Shown here one piece after another: positions 13,101-27,927 of a stretch of DNA of 64,000 bases. Within the stretch, counting starts at the first letter, position 1; the number at the start of each line of letters is the position of its first letter. The stretch is from Octopus sinensis (Eukaryota), in contig NC_043000.1 of the NCBI RefSeq assembly GCF_006345805.1, positions 130,758,001-130,822,000 on the forward strand. The letters run 5' to 3'. The position numbers were made by a program, and so were the translations under genes. Below the pieces are notes generated by a model that saw only the letters and a program-made list of their open reading frames with translations, searched no databases and was not told where the DNA came from.

Positions 13101-15034
13101 CATTACTGAACAAACATAAACGGTAGTGAGGTACAAATGGTGTTTTATAAGATCTATTCCAGTGTCTCATATTTTGAAGTTTATGAAATCATACCAGTAA
13201 TACAGCAGTGTCAAACCAATCAGCTTCATATCATTTACTCGGGAATGTTATAGAGTCTAACCAAAACAAAACTATTATCCTCAATATTAGCCAATACTAA
13301 CGAGTAAATGTAAATTTTCCAGCAGATTGAAAGTAGCGTTTAGTTGTCGGAGGAAACCAAGCGTTTCATTTCATTGTTTGTTGATGTTTAGCCCTAGGTT
13401 AGTCATCATCGAGCAAGCATGGAGTCAGGCGCTGTAGACTTGACCTACTCATTTTTTATACACACCACGGGTTACATTGTTTAATAAGATGGTTCTTTGA
13501 GATTCGAGGAATCGTTCATAGCTATTACTAACAGGTCGGGTGACCACGTAGGGGCTTCTTCATTTCTGGCAAAGTATAAGCGCCGCTGTATCGCAATGTC
13601 CTTTCCTAGAATACGATACCTTTGGTCACTCAAAAAAGAAACATATATTGCTTGATTTTGATACCGGTTCATTATGTTGTGATCAGTATATTTTTCGCAT
13701 CGAACTATGAAATCAGTTACCCACAACAGGTCGGATGCGTTTTAGATTGTCCTGATTTCTGTTTAACGTTTCAGCTGCAGTAAGTGTTAGATAATATGTT
13801 TCGCATTGATTATATTTTGTCAGTTGACTGAAAGTAATACTTCAACTGATTCTGCAAACCATTGACGAAAAACGTACTACAATAAGTAGTCGGTACATAT
13901 TTTGATATTATTTGCAGATTTAATGACAGTTATAGAAATACTTTAAGAGTTTTGGTGTGGGAAGGAAGTTTTTTGTGTTGCAATTCAAAGGCAGAATGCA
14001 CAAGAATGTGTTTTCTTCGCTTTCTTCTCAGACGGACTTGAATTCAAGTTAGCTACTGCAACTTAACAATACACCTGACGCATATTTTTTTTATTTAGCT
14101 TTACTTGCTTAGAGCTAAGATAATACAACTAATGCTTGTTAAATACCACCAGCATGACTCTACTATGAACGTAACTGAATTTTCACCGATATTCCCTCGT
14201 TTGGTCGCCCTGTCTTTTAGATTATTGTCAGTTCACAAACCATATCGGTATTAGAATATATAACAGTTACATTTAAGCTATTCCTTATCTAAAACATCTC
14301 GTCATTAAATTTGAAATTTAAATTTAGATAGCAAGTTTTATACTCTCTCAAATGTACACTCCTAACAATAATATTGACAGACATTTTAAAATTTATTAAT
14401 GCGTTTTGTTTGATTTTTAAGTTACTTATGTTTACTTTATCTCACTAAACGATTGTATCAGGAAACAAATTTGTCTCAGCTAACTTCGCCATTGTAAACA
14501 GTACCAAATCTCATCGAATATTTTCATCTGTTAATTTCCCAGATGACCTTCTGATGTTTTGAATATGACAAAAAAATCGGCTTGCAACCCAGTAATATCA
14601 TGTTTATTCATACTTCTGATAAAATATACAATGGGGATTGTGGTTATTTGATCAGAAACTAAATTTGCGATTACTAAAAATTTTTCGGTTGCTTATATAT
14701 AATATTTTATATAATTGCTTACTAAAAAGAGGAACCAAGACTAGACAGTAAACAGCAATTGGACGCTTTCTTTCTTTTTCCTATCTTCCTAAATTACCTT
14801 TGCAGTATTAGTGTATGTTGACATACGATATGTTTAATAAACTATTGTTATTATTAGTGTATATGAAAGGCATGACATGATCATTTAGAAAGTTACTCGG
14901 TTTCTAATCTCAGTTGAGTCTACTTTCTTTTAGCTAGAGCAATACATGCGAGAACACATTTCACAGCAGAAATACATTTCAACGTATCAACAGTTGTAAT
15001 CAATGGAGATGTTTCCCTCTAATAGTGCTATCCA

Positions 15035-15327
15035 ACCAAAATGCAAATATATGGGAAACTACCACCTGTGTCATCTCTTGTGAAAGGTAGGAGAGTCCAG
15101 TTTGCTGGACATTGTTGTAGAGCTGAAAAAGAAGTAATTTCTACTCTTCTCCTCTGGAAGCCATCTACTCGCAGTACCAGAGGGCGCACACTCTCCTACC
15201 CTGATGTAATCTCCAGGGATACAGGCATCCAGCAACAGGACCTCCGTAATGCTATGATGGACCGTGAAGTCTGGCGTAACATAGTAAATTCCATTGTCTC
15301 GACCACGGTCGAACAATGATGATGATG
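15035..15327 (+). mobile_element. 5'-truncated RTE-clade LINE 3' end with (TGA)n tail and 14 bp TSD
   Basis: Uninterrupted ORF ...RRVQFAGHCCR...RGRTLSYPDVISRDTG...AMMDREVWR; TSD aatagtgctatcca at 15021-15034 and 15328-15341. Confidence 0.9.
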
Positions 15328-16024
15328 AATAGTGCTATCCAGCTATCCTATTCGAGAAGACGCAAGAAAATACTATGCTTTTAAGTATCAGGAGAAATTT
15401 ATCCAAACGAAGCACTATTCCTAACTGTGATGTCAGAGAGAGAGCAAAAGTGACCGACTATTACCCGGAGTTTGGTATTTTGCATGTTGCGAATTGTAGA
15501 TTAAATATTTTTGATTAATCGGCACAAAATATCCTTTCTTTATCTCCTTCTAAACGTCTTATCGTTTTTAAGGCCTTGTCTTTTTTCGCTTTATGGAGGA
15601 GATATTATGCTTACTCCTAACCAGTTTCTAATTTTCTGCTCATTGCCAGCTCTTCGAAGAGTTCGATATTGTCATTTGAATAGAACGTAAGTCACGAAGG
15701 AAAGGTTGAAAGAAATTATCGAATTTAGCTATATTTGCTCAGGAATCTTCTACTTTTTCTGAATGTATTGCTTGTGTGACCCATACTCCGGATTTTACTT
15801 TTCAAAATCCCAGCGATGCCGTATTTGATGCCGTATCTATATCTCTACTTCGACGCATGACACTTTTGGAGTGTAATGATGGTACCTTTGGTCTCTAATG
15901 ATGTTTTAGAAGTTTCCCTGCGGTGACAATTTAAATCGCCTGTCTATGAAAGATTCCCTTAATTGCAAAGTTTTTGACCAACTTCTCAAGAAATATCTTT
16001 TTCAGTTGTATTCGTTTTTCTCTC

Positions 16025-16139
16025 TTGGTCGGCCTGAGGCTATAGTAGAAGACACTTGCCCGACGTGCCACGCAGTGGGACTGAACCCGGAACCATGTGG
16101 TTCGTAAGCAAGCTACTTACCACACAGCCACTCCTACGC
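16025..16139 (-). mobile_element. SINE family A, 5' portion
   Basis: Reverse complement of the family A head and body. Confidence 0.9.
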
Positions 16140-16664
16140 TCGTAACAATTCTATATTTTGTTTTCATACAATGTATATAAAATCACGTTAATTAATTTTC
16201 CTTTCTTTCTAGAACGGGATTTGAGAAAGATTTGGCTGCTATTTCTAACAAATCGATTGAATGATAGCGTGTAATCATTGGCTCATTTTGGTACATGTTG
16301 GTTTCATTTGCGTTTAGAGTGTCCATATTCGTGTTATTGTCGAATTTATTAGTTTTAATGTTATTTTGGCAAATATATCGAATACAAAAGATGTTTGCAT
16401 TTCCTATACCCTTTAGGGAAAGGTACCTACAACTATTTTTATAAAACATCTCCCATCATCACTACAGTCACCATACTGAAAAGAAATTCTGATGCGAAAG
16501 TAATAAACAGAAAAGACATAAAGCATTTAAACTCTTTTTACAATTCCTTGATAAATATAAAAATCAAATGAAACACAACGAATGAAACTTACGTGAGAGA
16601 AAAAAACACACAATGCAAAAACGCAATAGAATTCACAAAAACACGTTTTAACAAACAAAATAAG

Positions 16665-16759
16665 ATCCAACAACAACAACGTCAATAATAATAATAATAA
16701 CAACAACAACAACAACAATAATAATAATAATAATAATGGTGGTGATGATGATGATGATG

Positions 16760-16797
<38 letters not shown>

Positions 16798-16920
16798 GAG
16801 AAGAAGAAGAAGAAGAAGAAGAAGAAGAACAACAACAACAACACAACAACAACAACAAGAACAAGAAGAAGAAGAAGAAGAAGAAGAAGAAGAAGAAGAA
16901 GAAGAAGAAGAAGAAGAAGC
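16665..16920. repeat. Compound trinucleotide array CAA/TAA/TGG/TGA/GAA
   Basis: Direct reading. Confidence 0.96.
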
Positions 16921-17148
16921 CTTCTTCAAAAAGGATTCTTTCATTTATTTTGCCACAAGAGAACTCATTCTTACATTCAACAACTTGTTACAAGAATATT
17001 TTACAGGTCTTTTGAGGATATAGTTGCATAGTTATATACATACTAGGGATGGAACAAGAATGCTATAGAATATAGTCAGTTTTGTTATGCATTGTTAAAG
17101 AAACTCGGATAAATTTCATGAAACAAAAGATATATATATATATATAAA

Positions 17149-17543
17149 CTAGCAGTATCGCCCGGCGTTGCTCGGATTTGTAAGGAAAATAACTATATAA
17201 GCATTTTTAGAGATGTAAAGTATAATAGCCATCTCAATATGGCTAACCACAAAGGGGGGGTGTTTCTGTAGCTTTTTACGTTCTAAGATTTAATAATACA
17301 TTTTTAGAGAGTTACTTCTCTTATATAATAGCAAAAAATGCATTAAAAATGGGAAAAAATGATGGTAATTTTATTTTTAAATCGTAGACTTATCGTAGAC
17401 GCGCGTTAATACCCAGAAGGGATCTATATGAATCACGACTATAAGATACCCGCTTTTGGTTACACTACACCGCAAAATGTGGGAGTAGTTAGGAATCTAA
17501 ATCGTAGGAGACAGACACACAACTTCACTTTTATATATATGAA
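17149..17543 (-). mobile_element. Non-autonomous Helitron, same family as 10573
   Basis: Same CTAG end and hairpin; shared core gactcatcgtagacgcgcg...ctaaatcgtaggagacagacac. Confidence 0.85.
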
Positions 17544-17942
17544 TATATCAATTTCAACAAAAGCATATGTGAGCAGATCTACTAAGAACGGGTGAGAAAT
17601 GCATCTGCGATACATTAAATCACCCTGCGGCTCCAACTGACTTCCGCAACTAGTATTCGATCCTGCTACATATGAAAGTGTTAGGAAATCAAACCGTTAA
17701 GTGTTCAACATTCTCTGAGGGGTAATCCCTAAGCCGTTCGTAGATGGCCAGTGTGGTCTTTCTCGAGAGTCTCTCGTTTAGGGGGCTTAGTACTGGTCTC
17801 CTATCCTGTTTTCATCTACATTTAAGGTTAAATTCTATCGGGTTAAGCACCTATGTTTGCGTCTAATAAGCCTTCTCTTTGGCACGTAGTTTTCTTCTGT
17901 CTCTTTTTCTTGAACTTATTTTTCACTACCACTTTCCCAGAT

Positions 17943-18182
17943 AGGTGTAGGAGTAGCTGTGTGGTAAGTAGCTTGTTTACCAACCACATGGTTCCGGGTT
18001 CGTCTGCCGTTACGTTCTGAGTTCAAATTCCGCCGAGGTCGACTTTGCTTTTCATCCTTTCGAGGTCAATTAAATAAGTACCAGTTACGCACTGGAGTCG
18101 ATATAATCGACTTAATCCGTTTGTCCGTCCTTGTTTGTCCCTTCTGTATTTAGCTCCTTGTGGGTTATAAAGAAATAGGTAT
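17943..18182 (+). mobile_element. Chimeric SINE: family A head fused to family B body
   Basis: ...catggttccgggttc|gtctgccgttacgttctgag... junction at ~18000. Confidence 0.85.
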
Positions 18183-18803
18183 AGTCATATATATAGGTGG
18201 TTGTGGACGATCTTAAAAATGTTGCTGCATATTTCACGGCTATATTCAATAAAATAATTAGTACTTATATCTTAAAATAACTATTCTTAACACCACTGAT
18301 TTGATTATAGAAATTACCCCTTTAAATGTTAATTTTTATGGCTTACCCACGTTTAATCCCTTTGAAGTGTTTTTCCATCATGTTTTGAATGCCTATAAGA
18401 TGGGACCAAGAAAAAAGCAGAACATGATCTCAGATTAAATTTAATACCATGGACTCCCCCACCCATTCAATCAAAAGAATTTGCGGCTTTCAGCCTGATT
18501 TAGAAATCAATATATTCATATATAAGCGGACGTATAATGAATAATAATATAGTTTTAAATAAGGTATTATTTTGTGTAGAAATATGTGTGTATGCGTCTG
18601 CGCATAATCAAACACACATAGATATATATACACGCACACAACTACAGGTATACGCACAAATTCATGCATACACTAATATATATATATATATATATTATTA
18701 TCAGTTCACATCTTTGTGCAGATATGTGTGTTTGTATATACATACATATTTATAAATGCGAATTTATGCTCTTATATGTGCGTAGACAGACATAGGTAGC
18801 ATA

Positions 18804-18866
18804 TATAGATAGATAGATAGATAGATAGATAGGTAGATAGATAGACATACAGACAGACAGACAGAG

Positions 18867-18937
<71 letters not shown>

Positions 18938-18944
18938 CAGATAT

Positions 18945-19009
<65 letters not shown>

Positions 19010-19020
19010 CAGACAGATAT

Positions 19021-19072
<52 letters not shown>

Positions 19073-19093
19073 GTAGGTAGGTAGGTAGGTAGG

Positions 19094-19149
<56 letters not shown>

Positions 19150-19150
19150 C

Positions 19151-19212
<62 letters not shown>
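18804..19212. repeat. ~410 bp (TAGA)n array with TAGG/CAGA variants
   Basis: Direct reading. Confidence 0.98.
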
Positions 19213-19213
<1 letters not shown>

Positions 19214-19526
19214 GCATAATGCAAATATTTGGGGCAGCGAAATATATGCATAGGTATGTGTATGTGCGTATGCTTCCATAAACATAAAAGAATACACACA
19301 CACACACACATATATATATAAAAGTATTTGTCATGTCGATACATGTGTATGTGTAATTGTGTGCGCGTGAGAGAGTGTGTGCGCGCGCACGGTTGCATGT
19401 GCGTGTGTATATGGAAAAACTCCTAAAGATACCTGCTTTTTTTTCTTCACCTAATGTTAAGAAATTACAGTGATTGTCAGTTGCTATGGTTACAAAACAT
19501 AATCGGTTTATGGATTTAAATTTATA

Positions 19527-19557
<31 letters not shown>

Positions 19558-19588
19558 GTATGTATATGTATAGACAGATGTGTGTATA

Positions 19589-19639
<51 letters not shown>

Positions 19640-19651
<12 letters not shown>

Positions 19652-19837
19652 CATACATATATACGTGTATAAATATATATATATGCATACATATATACGT
19701 GTGTATATATACATGTAGGTATATATATATATATATATATAATATATATATGTATATTTATATATATATATATACATACATATATACGTGTATAAATATA
19801 TATATGCATACATATATACGTGTGTATATATACATGT

Positions 19838-19875
<38 letters not shown>

Positions 19876-19893
19876 TATATATATATGTATATT

Positions 19894-19910
<17 letters not shown>
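19640..19910. repeat. Tandem duplication of a ~125 bp TA-rich unit
   Basis: acatacatatatacgtgtataaatata...tacatgtaggtata occurs twice in tandem. Confidence 0.85.
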
Positions 19911-19929
<19 letters not shown>

Positions 19930-19938
19930 GTGTGTGTG

Positions 19939-19978
<40 letters not shown>

Positions 19979-20850
19979 TAGCGATATTTAAAGAATGGTA
20001 AGGTTCTTCAGTTATTTCACTCTAATTCTTCCCTGCATGTATTTATCAGTATGTTTGTGTGCGCGTGCTTGAATAGTTTGTCTTTCCAAATCCAGAACAA
20101 AAATATGTATTCTGAAAATATGAACTAAAAAAAAATAAAAGTTTATATTAATACAACTGAATTCGTTATTATAAAAAAAAAACTCGTATGAAAACACGTT
20201 TCCAATCCTTAAAGGAATCTATTTGTTTAATCACGTGTGTGTATAAAACAAGAGCGAAAGAGAAACACAAAGAAATTGGTGGGAAGGTGAATGTCTATAC
20301 GACTAAGAATCAATTATTTATATTTTTATATTTCTCCCAGAAGATTACCTGTCTTTCTTGCACCTCAATATTTATCAATCAATCTAACTATACTACGCAA
20401 ATCTGTGTAACTTCCTATTGTCTTGCTTGTTTCTTCATCATTTTCCCCCTATTTTTCTCTCACTTCTCCTACTCCTTTTCATTTTTTCTTCTTGTTTCAC
20501 TTTCTACCTTCATTTTCTACCTTCACTTAAAAACAAATATCGCTATATAATAGTTATGATGATGAGTATGATGATGATGATGATGATGACGAAAACGACG
20601 ATAATGAAGATGATGATGATGATCAGTATTATCAGCGCCAAGCATTGTTTAGGTATAAGCGAACTTTAGGTTAGTTAAAGTATGTTTGTGCCATATTTCA
20701 ACTTCTAAAGGTAAATTCACTTAAGTTACAATGGGAAAAATTCTCTCTTGTGGTAAGAGGTGTAAAATCACCATATCTGCCCACTGTTGCCCCTTATCGG
20801 ATTCCCAGATGCAACGTTTCATGCACTTTAACCGTTATCAATAGGAGATA

Positions 20851-21752
20851 CCAGATGGCCGAACATTAAAGCTATTGAAAGGAGGAGATAGTTATAAGTA
20901 TCTAGGAATAGTAGAATCTGACAGAGTACTAAGTACAGAAATGGAAACGGAAATTTAGAAAGAGTACATCAGAAGGATGAGGAAGCTAATGAAATCAAAG
21001 CTAAATGGTCCGAATCTAGTGAATGCTGTAAATACCTGGGTAATATCATTACTTAGATACTCAGAAGCTTTTGTATATTGGACAAAAACTGAATTAGCAA
21101 AGCAAGACAGAAGAACTAGGAAGGAATTCGATATGAATGGAGGACCCCACCCAAGAACAGGAGTAGCAAGAAAGGAAGGCGGAAGAGGGTAAATATCAGT
21201 AGAATATTGCGTGAAGTTAGCTAGAGTAGATATAAACTCCTATGTAGGTAATAGTGAAGAGAGGTTATTAAAAGCTGCTAGAGTCACAGCAACACATAGG
21301 GAAACAAAAAACAACCCAAACGAACTATAAAAACCCAGAAAAAGAGCAGAAATTATCTGACTGGCAGGGGAGACGTTGCATGGTAGATTCCCAAAGATTG
21401 TTGCAGTAAATAGTAGTAGTGAGACATGGTTATAGTTGCTGAAAGGAAAACTGAAGATAGAAAGTTTGTTAGTAGGTGCACAAGATCAAGCATTAAAGAC
21501 TAATCGGATAAAAGTAAAGATAGACAAGCGACTTTAACAATTAGACTGACACCGTAATTGAAACTAGAGAGCCTGACTTGATAGAAGTAGATAAAGATAA
21601 TAGAAAATGGCAGATAATTGTCTTTACAGCCCCAAACGATGAAAAAAATCAATATGTAAGATATAGAAAAAATAGCAAAGTATCAGGACCAAATTATTGA
21701 ATTGTAGAGACTATGGAATGTGCGGGTAAAATGTATCCCAGTATTGGGAACT
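20851..21752 (+). pseudogene. R4/Dong-clade (restriction-like endonuclease) non-LTR retrotransposon 3' relic
   Basis: SYKYLGI, MKSKLNGPNLVNAVNTW, RKEGGRG, LHGRF, AQDQALKTN and REL-like PDLIEVDK...KYQD...LWNVRVKCIPV; stops and frameshifts present. Confidence 0.85.
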
Positions 21753-21835
21753 ATATATATATATTGGGAACTAGATATATGTGTGAGTATACCATACATG
21801 CATACGTATATATGCGAGTATGACGGTGGTTGTGA

Positions 21836-21869
<34 letters not shown>

Positions 21870-21894
21870 GGTGGTGGTGGTGGTGGTGGTGGTG

Positions 21895-21941
<47 letters not shown>
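21836..21941. repeat. (TAG)n(TGG)n(TAG)n microsatellite
   Basis: Direct reading. Confidence 0.97.
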
Positions 21942-22731
21942 TGACCATGAATAATATTTATTAAAAAAACCGTATCATAAAAAGTGTATGAACTAGATAT
22001 CTGGTACCAAAGCTTTCTTGACAATTCTATTATCATGCAAAAACACTTTGGGTTAAACCTTTTCAGTTATTTCAGCTCTTCTCTTTAGAAATGGTAATCT
22101 TCCAAAATGCTTGATATGTCTTAAATCAGACCATAAAGAATCAGAACAGATACACAGAAGAATTTATGCTTCACACATCAACAAGTTAGTGGCACGAATC
22201 ACGCTAGAGAAAAAACTTCACTTCTTATAAATGAATAACATCACCGTTTTCAACCAGGTTGAAGCAACCTCACAAAAACCGCTCAAGCATTATTATTGAA
22301 TGTTAAAACAGCTGCTCATGCATTAACACGTAGAAATCGTATATCAGGAGTTTAAGAAGGTTTTCGACGAATTTAGGTGTAAGATATATTAAGAGGTATG
22401 TGACTTTGGAGATGTTGGGGAACGTATCTGAATAGAATATTCTGCATTCTTGCTGTTATTCATACGCGTATCGGCGCTCATACAACGCATATATATGTGT
22501 GCGTTTGTGCGTGCGTGCGTGTGTGTGTATTGTGTGTGTGTGTATGTGTGTTGTGTGTGTAAAGCTGATAGGGGTAAAATCCAAGCTGTGTCCACTTGAA
22601 GTATACATCTGCTTATTTCAATTTTCCAAATCCGTATGTAGACGTTAAATGTGTGTGAGAGACACATAAGAGTTGAAAATACTAGAAAATATTTTCTGCG
22701 GAGTAATGATATCAGAATAGGGATAGGGGAT

Positions 22732-23156
22732 TACTCTTTTACTTGTCATTTATAGTCATTTGACTGCAGCCATACTGGAGCACCGCCTTTAGTCGAGCAA
22801 ATCGACCCCATGACTTATTTTTTGTAAGCCAAGTACTTATTCAATCGGTTTCTTTTGCCGAACCGCTAACGGGGACCTAAACACACCAGCATCAGTTGTC
22901 AAGCGATGTTGGGTGGGGGGACAAACACAGACACACAAACACACACACACACACATGCGCGCGCGCAAACACACACACATGTATACATATATACGATGGG
23001 CTTCTTTCAGTTTCCGTCTACTAAATCCACTCACAAGGCTTTGGTTGGGCCGAGGCTATAGTAGAATACACTTGTCCAAGGTGCCACGTAGTGGGACTGA
23101 ATCCGGAACCATGTGGTTGGTAAGCAAACTACTTACCACACAGCCACTCCTACGCC
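22732..23156 (-). mobile_element. SINE family A, full length
   Basis: tRNA-like head, internal (CA)/(TA) tract, (AGTAAAAG)-type tail. Confidence 0.92.
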
Positions 23157-24367
23157 CACTGGAAAACTGGAAAATTGTTTGGTAATATTTATTCACCATT
23201 ACCCGTGTGCCATTTGCTAATAGGAGTTACAAAATTGTACATGTAGTAGAAAACATTTAAGTTATCTCCAATTAATACTTCTTCAGACAAAGAATCCTCT
23301 CTCTACAGATTCTCTGTCTGTCAGAGCTATAAGGGGTACATGCATATTGACATGGAGGTGCAATGGCCCAGTGGCTCTTTATCTGGTTCGAATGCTTGTA
23401 ACAGACTGCGGTTCACTAAAATCCCACAAATAACTTAGGTCTCATCTTCAAGGAAATTTAGTCCATCTCACCCAGTTTTACTTATCTGGTTTTGAATAAA
23501 CCCATACATTTACACATCAGGGGGTCATCATATTGTAGGAGACATGAAGTAAAAAACATTATCTTCGACTACTACACATTCTATAATGAGCTTAACTGTG
23601 CATCTGTCCTCCTTCTCTCCTTAATCCGTTCACATTCCTCCCATGTTTGTTTATGTAAGTTCTAAATTGCTTTAATGTGTTTTTTTTTGTTTTTATCTTT
23701 TTGCATATTCATAACTATGTGTTTTCGAATGTATGCATATGTGTTCATGTGTACGAAATATATACATTCGGATATGTAAATATTTCCATGTATTTATATA
23801 GAGGAATGTTTGTATGTGGGTGCGCATGTGCCCTTATGGCTGTGTATATGCACGCAGTTACATGATAAATATGCACATACACACACACACATATATATAT
23901 GTATATATCCATTGTATAAACATGGACGCTTTTATAAATAGCTGCAGGAACATAAAAGGTTGCATGTATATATAGATATATATGTCAGTACAGACTTAGG
24001 TTAATTGTACGCGCATAGGCTTGTACACATGTATGTACAGGTATATATGTGTGTGCAGTGTGTGTACGCATGCCTTTCTCTTCCTCTTAATCCGTCTCTC
24101 TGTACCTCTCTCTTTATCTCTCTCTCTCTCTCTCTATGTGTGTATATATATTATATATATATATATATATATACATATATATAAATATATATATGTATAT
24201 ATATATACATACATGCATACATACATTCATACATACATACATAAATACATACATACTCATACACACCCTCCCAATATATTACATATATATATAAATACAT
24301 ATAGGAGGCATCAAATTGGCTACATATATATATATATACGCGCGCGTGTTTGTATGTGTGAGTCGTG

Positions 24368-24403
<36 letters not shown>

Positions 24404-24794
24404 CTTATAACAATCTAACATTTTAATTTCCCCTTTTTGTATGCATGCCTACGTACAAACATAAATATATACCATATTGCTACTGATTGGAGTTTTTATG
24501 AACTCACTGACCTCTAACACAAACATCTTTCCGTACATTACACCGATCAATAGTCCTTCCCTGCATTCATAATATTCTCTCCACCTCCAAGTTGCTTTTC
24601 TCCTTGTTTCTCTTCCTTCCCTTTTTCTTCAAATAGTTTCACACCGCGCATTCGCAGAAACTAATTCTTCGTTATCTCCATACTTTCGTGAACTACGGAC
24701 AAAAAATTCTATTTTCTCATCTTTCTTGTCTTTCTCGACGAAAGAGCAGCCATATATGTACACCCAAATATATATATATATATATATATATATG

Positions 24795-25025
24795 TCTTTT
24801 TTAGTCTTTTAGTCTTTTATATGTTTCAGTCATTTGACTGCAGCCATGCTGGAGCACCGCCTTTAGTCGAGCAAATCGACCCCAGGACATATTCTTTGTA
24901 AGCCTAGTACTTATTCTAGTGGTCTCTTTTGCCGAATCGCTAGGTTACGGGGACGTAAACACACCAGCATCGGTTGTCAAGCGATGTTGGGGGGACAAAC
25001 TCAGATATACAAACATATATACACA

Positions 25026-25068
<43 letters not shown>

Positions 25069-25230
25069 CATATATACGACGGGCTTCTATCAGTTTCCGT
25101 CTACCAAATCCACTCACAAGGTTTTGGTCGGCCCGAGGCTATAGATGCCCAAAGTTCCACGCAATGGGACTGAACCCGGAACCATGTGGTTCGTAAGCAA
25201 GCTACTTACCACACACCCACTCCTACGCCT
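24795..25230 (-). mobile_element. SINE family A, full length
   Basis: Similarity to the other A copies. Confidence 0.92.
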
Positions 25231-25324
25231 ACATATATATATATATTGTGTATGTATATATACACACATACACACACACACACACATACACACACATAAT
25301 ATACATATATATATATTATATTAT

Positions 25325-25368
<44 letters not shown>

Positions 25369-25539
25369 TATATATATATGTATATATATATGCATAGTTA
25401 CATACATATATACTTAGGTGAAACTTAGAATTGATATTAGAGCAATGAACTCCTTTTTCCGATAAGACAAGAGGAATGATAATTACGTTAACTTGATGCA
25501 TTATATTATCTCTAGTAAATATAAGACGGGAAACACTAA

Positions 25540-26800
25540 TAAATAGAATTACTCCAATGATGAAGCTAAACTCTTTGCAAACGTGATAAAATTAACAACA
25601 ATGATTAGTTAAAAGGGAAAACCCGTATAACTTTAAAGGATCATAAGGCGAACTTTGCAAACAAGCTCACCTATAAATATATAACTTCTGCTAGGACTCA
25701 TAGGTTTTGTAGCCAAAAAAGATTACGAAATGTTAATAATAGAATTAGAAGAACTACAGAACTGTATCAGTGCGCAAATAAGAACTCTGACACAGACTGC
25801 TTTAAAAGCATAAATGAATAACCCTAGGACTAAGTTTACACAGTTTGATATCATAGATATTGACCAATCAAAGTTGCTGAAAAATACGTACTCATTGACC
25901 AAACAGAAATTAAGTTAATCACGCACACAACACTCTCCTCTCCCTTCAATATAGGTTCAGCTTCGGTCAAGAATCACGAACCTGTTGAACTGTATAACGT
26001 ATCGATGGGTTCATATGACAGTGCTGACATATGTATTTTAGTAGAGCTTTTTATCCTAGATATCCAACAAATCATGTTCATCTCCCATGATATCGGTTTA
26101 TATCGAGATGGTGAATCACGCATATATCATGGCTGCGATGAACATACACTAGGCATTTTTAGGAGAAACTTCTAATCCGTCTTTAGCATATAGGTCTTAA
26201 AATTACAGTAACTATAAACCTCACTAAAGTTGATTTCTTAGATTCTTCCCTGGGTCCAGATTTATCAGTCCAGTCATGAGGGCATCCATCCTTTGTCAGT
26301 ATTTGTTAGGATTGTCCCGGGCAACCCACCAAGCCATGCCCCGGCCAGTTTCCATCTGTGCAAGTTACTTTCTCATCCGTCGTGATCCTGTAGTATGTGG
26401 CTGACCAATACGACTCGACATGCCAGCTGGACCATCAGAGAAGAGAACGCAATATGCAAGACCCAACACAGAAAATCGAATATCATGACTAAAGAACCTG
26501 AGCTGACATTCCTGAATCATCAATGTAACAAGTAACAGGAAGTATCCCATACAAAAGCTTAAAATCCTTATTGCTAACATAAGTTATACGATTTCTAACC
26601 GCCCTTCCTCTAAAGACATTTTTGATAAGATAGTCTCCTCCTATAATACCGCCCTGGTCAACAATGACATTAAAGAAAATACATCATACATGCTCACTCA
26701 TACTAGAACCAAGCCTAAAAACAAACCTAGCAAAGATAAAAGCCTAACACATACACACTTCTTGAATAAGCCTAGCACATACACATTTCTTGTATTCTTG
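25540..26800 (+). pseudogene. Penelope-like element reverse transcriptase relic
   Basis: ITLKDHK, TKFTQFDI, NVSMGSYDSADIC (cf. DVTMGSYDGAEVC), IGLYRDG (cf. GLYRDDGL), GLKITV...VDFLD. Confidence 0.8.
26244..26517 (-). mobile_element. RTE-type LINE 3' fragment nested antisense in the Penelope relic
   Basis: Minus strand IQECQLRFFSHDIRF...IGQPH...GMAWWVARDNP (cf. RERQLR.FGHVAR...GRP...AW..ARR.P); Penelope RT reading resumes after it. Confidence 0.6.
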
Positions 26801-27143
26801 GACAAATATACCTACGAAAATTCCTAGGGCATATAGATAAACAATACCCCATAGTGATTGATATAATGGATGATAAAGTGCTACTATAACCGTGAAATAG
26901 TCTTCATGTAGCGTTCAAAAAGATCACATTTTAAAACTCAGCTGCATCATAGCACATTTGCCCTTCTTCTACTAAAGGCAACGGCCTGCATCTGTCATCT
27001 AGAGATCCGCAGTGGTCATAATTCGAGCTAGTTTATATGATCTTTGCTTTTATGTTTACGAGTATTATTGCTTCAGTATTGCACATGCTGGTAGTTCTAA
27101 GTGCACCAATCACGTCCACTTCCTACATTGCCCAGGACCTGGG

Positions 27144-27927
<784 letters not shown>

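Noticed and set aside
13481-13726. 81-aa minus-strand ORF
   Set aside because: No recognisable domain; appears to overlap a degenerate interspersed repeat (ctattactaacaggtcgggtgaccacgtag)
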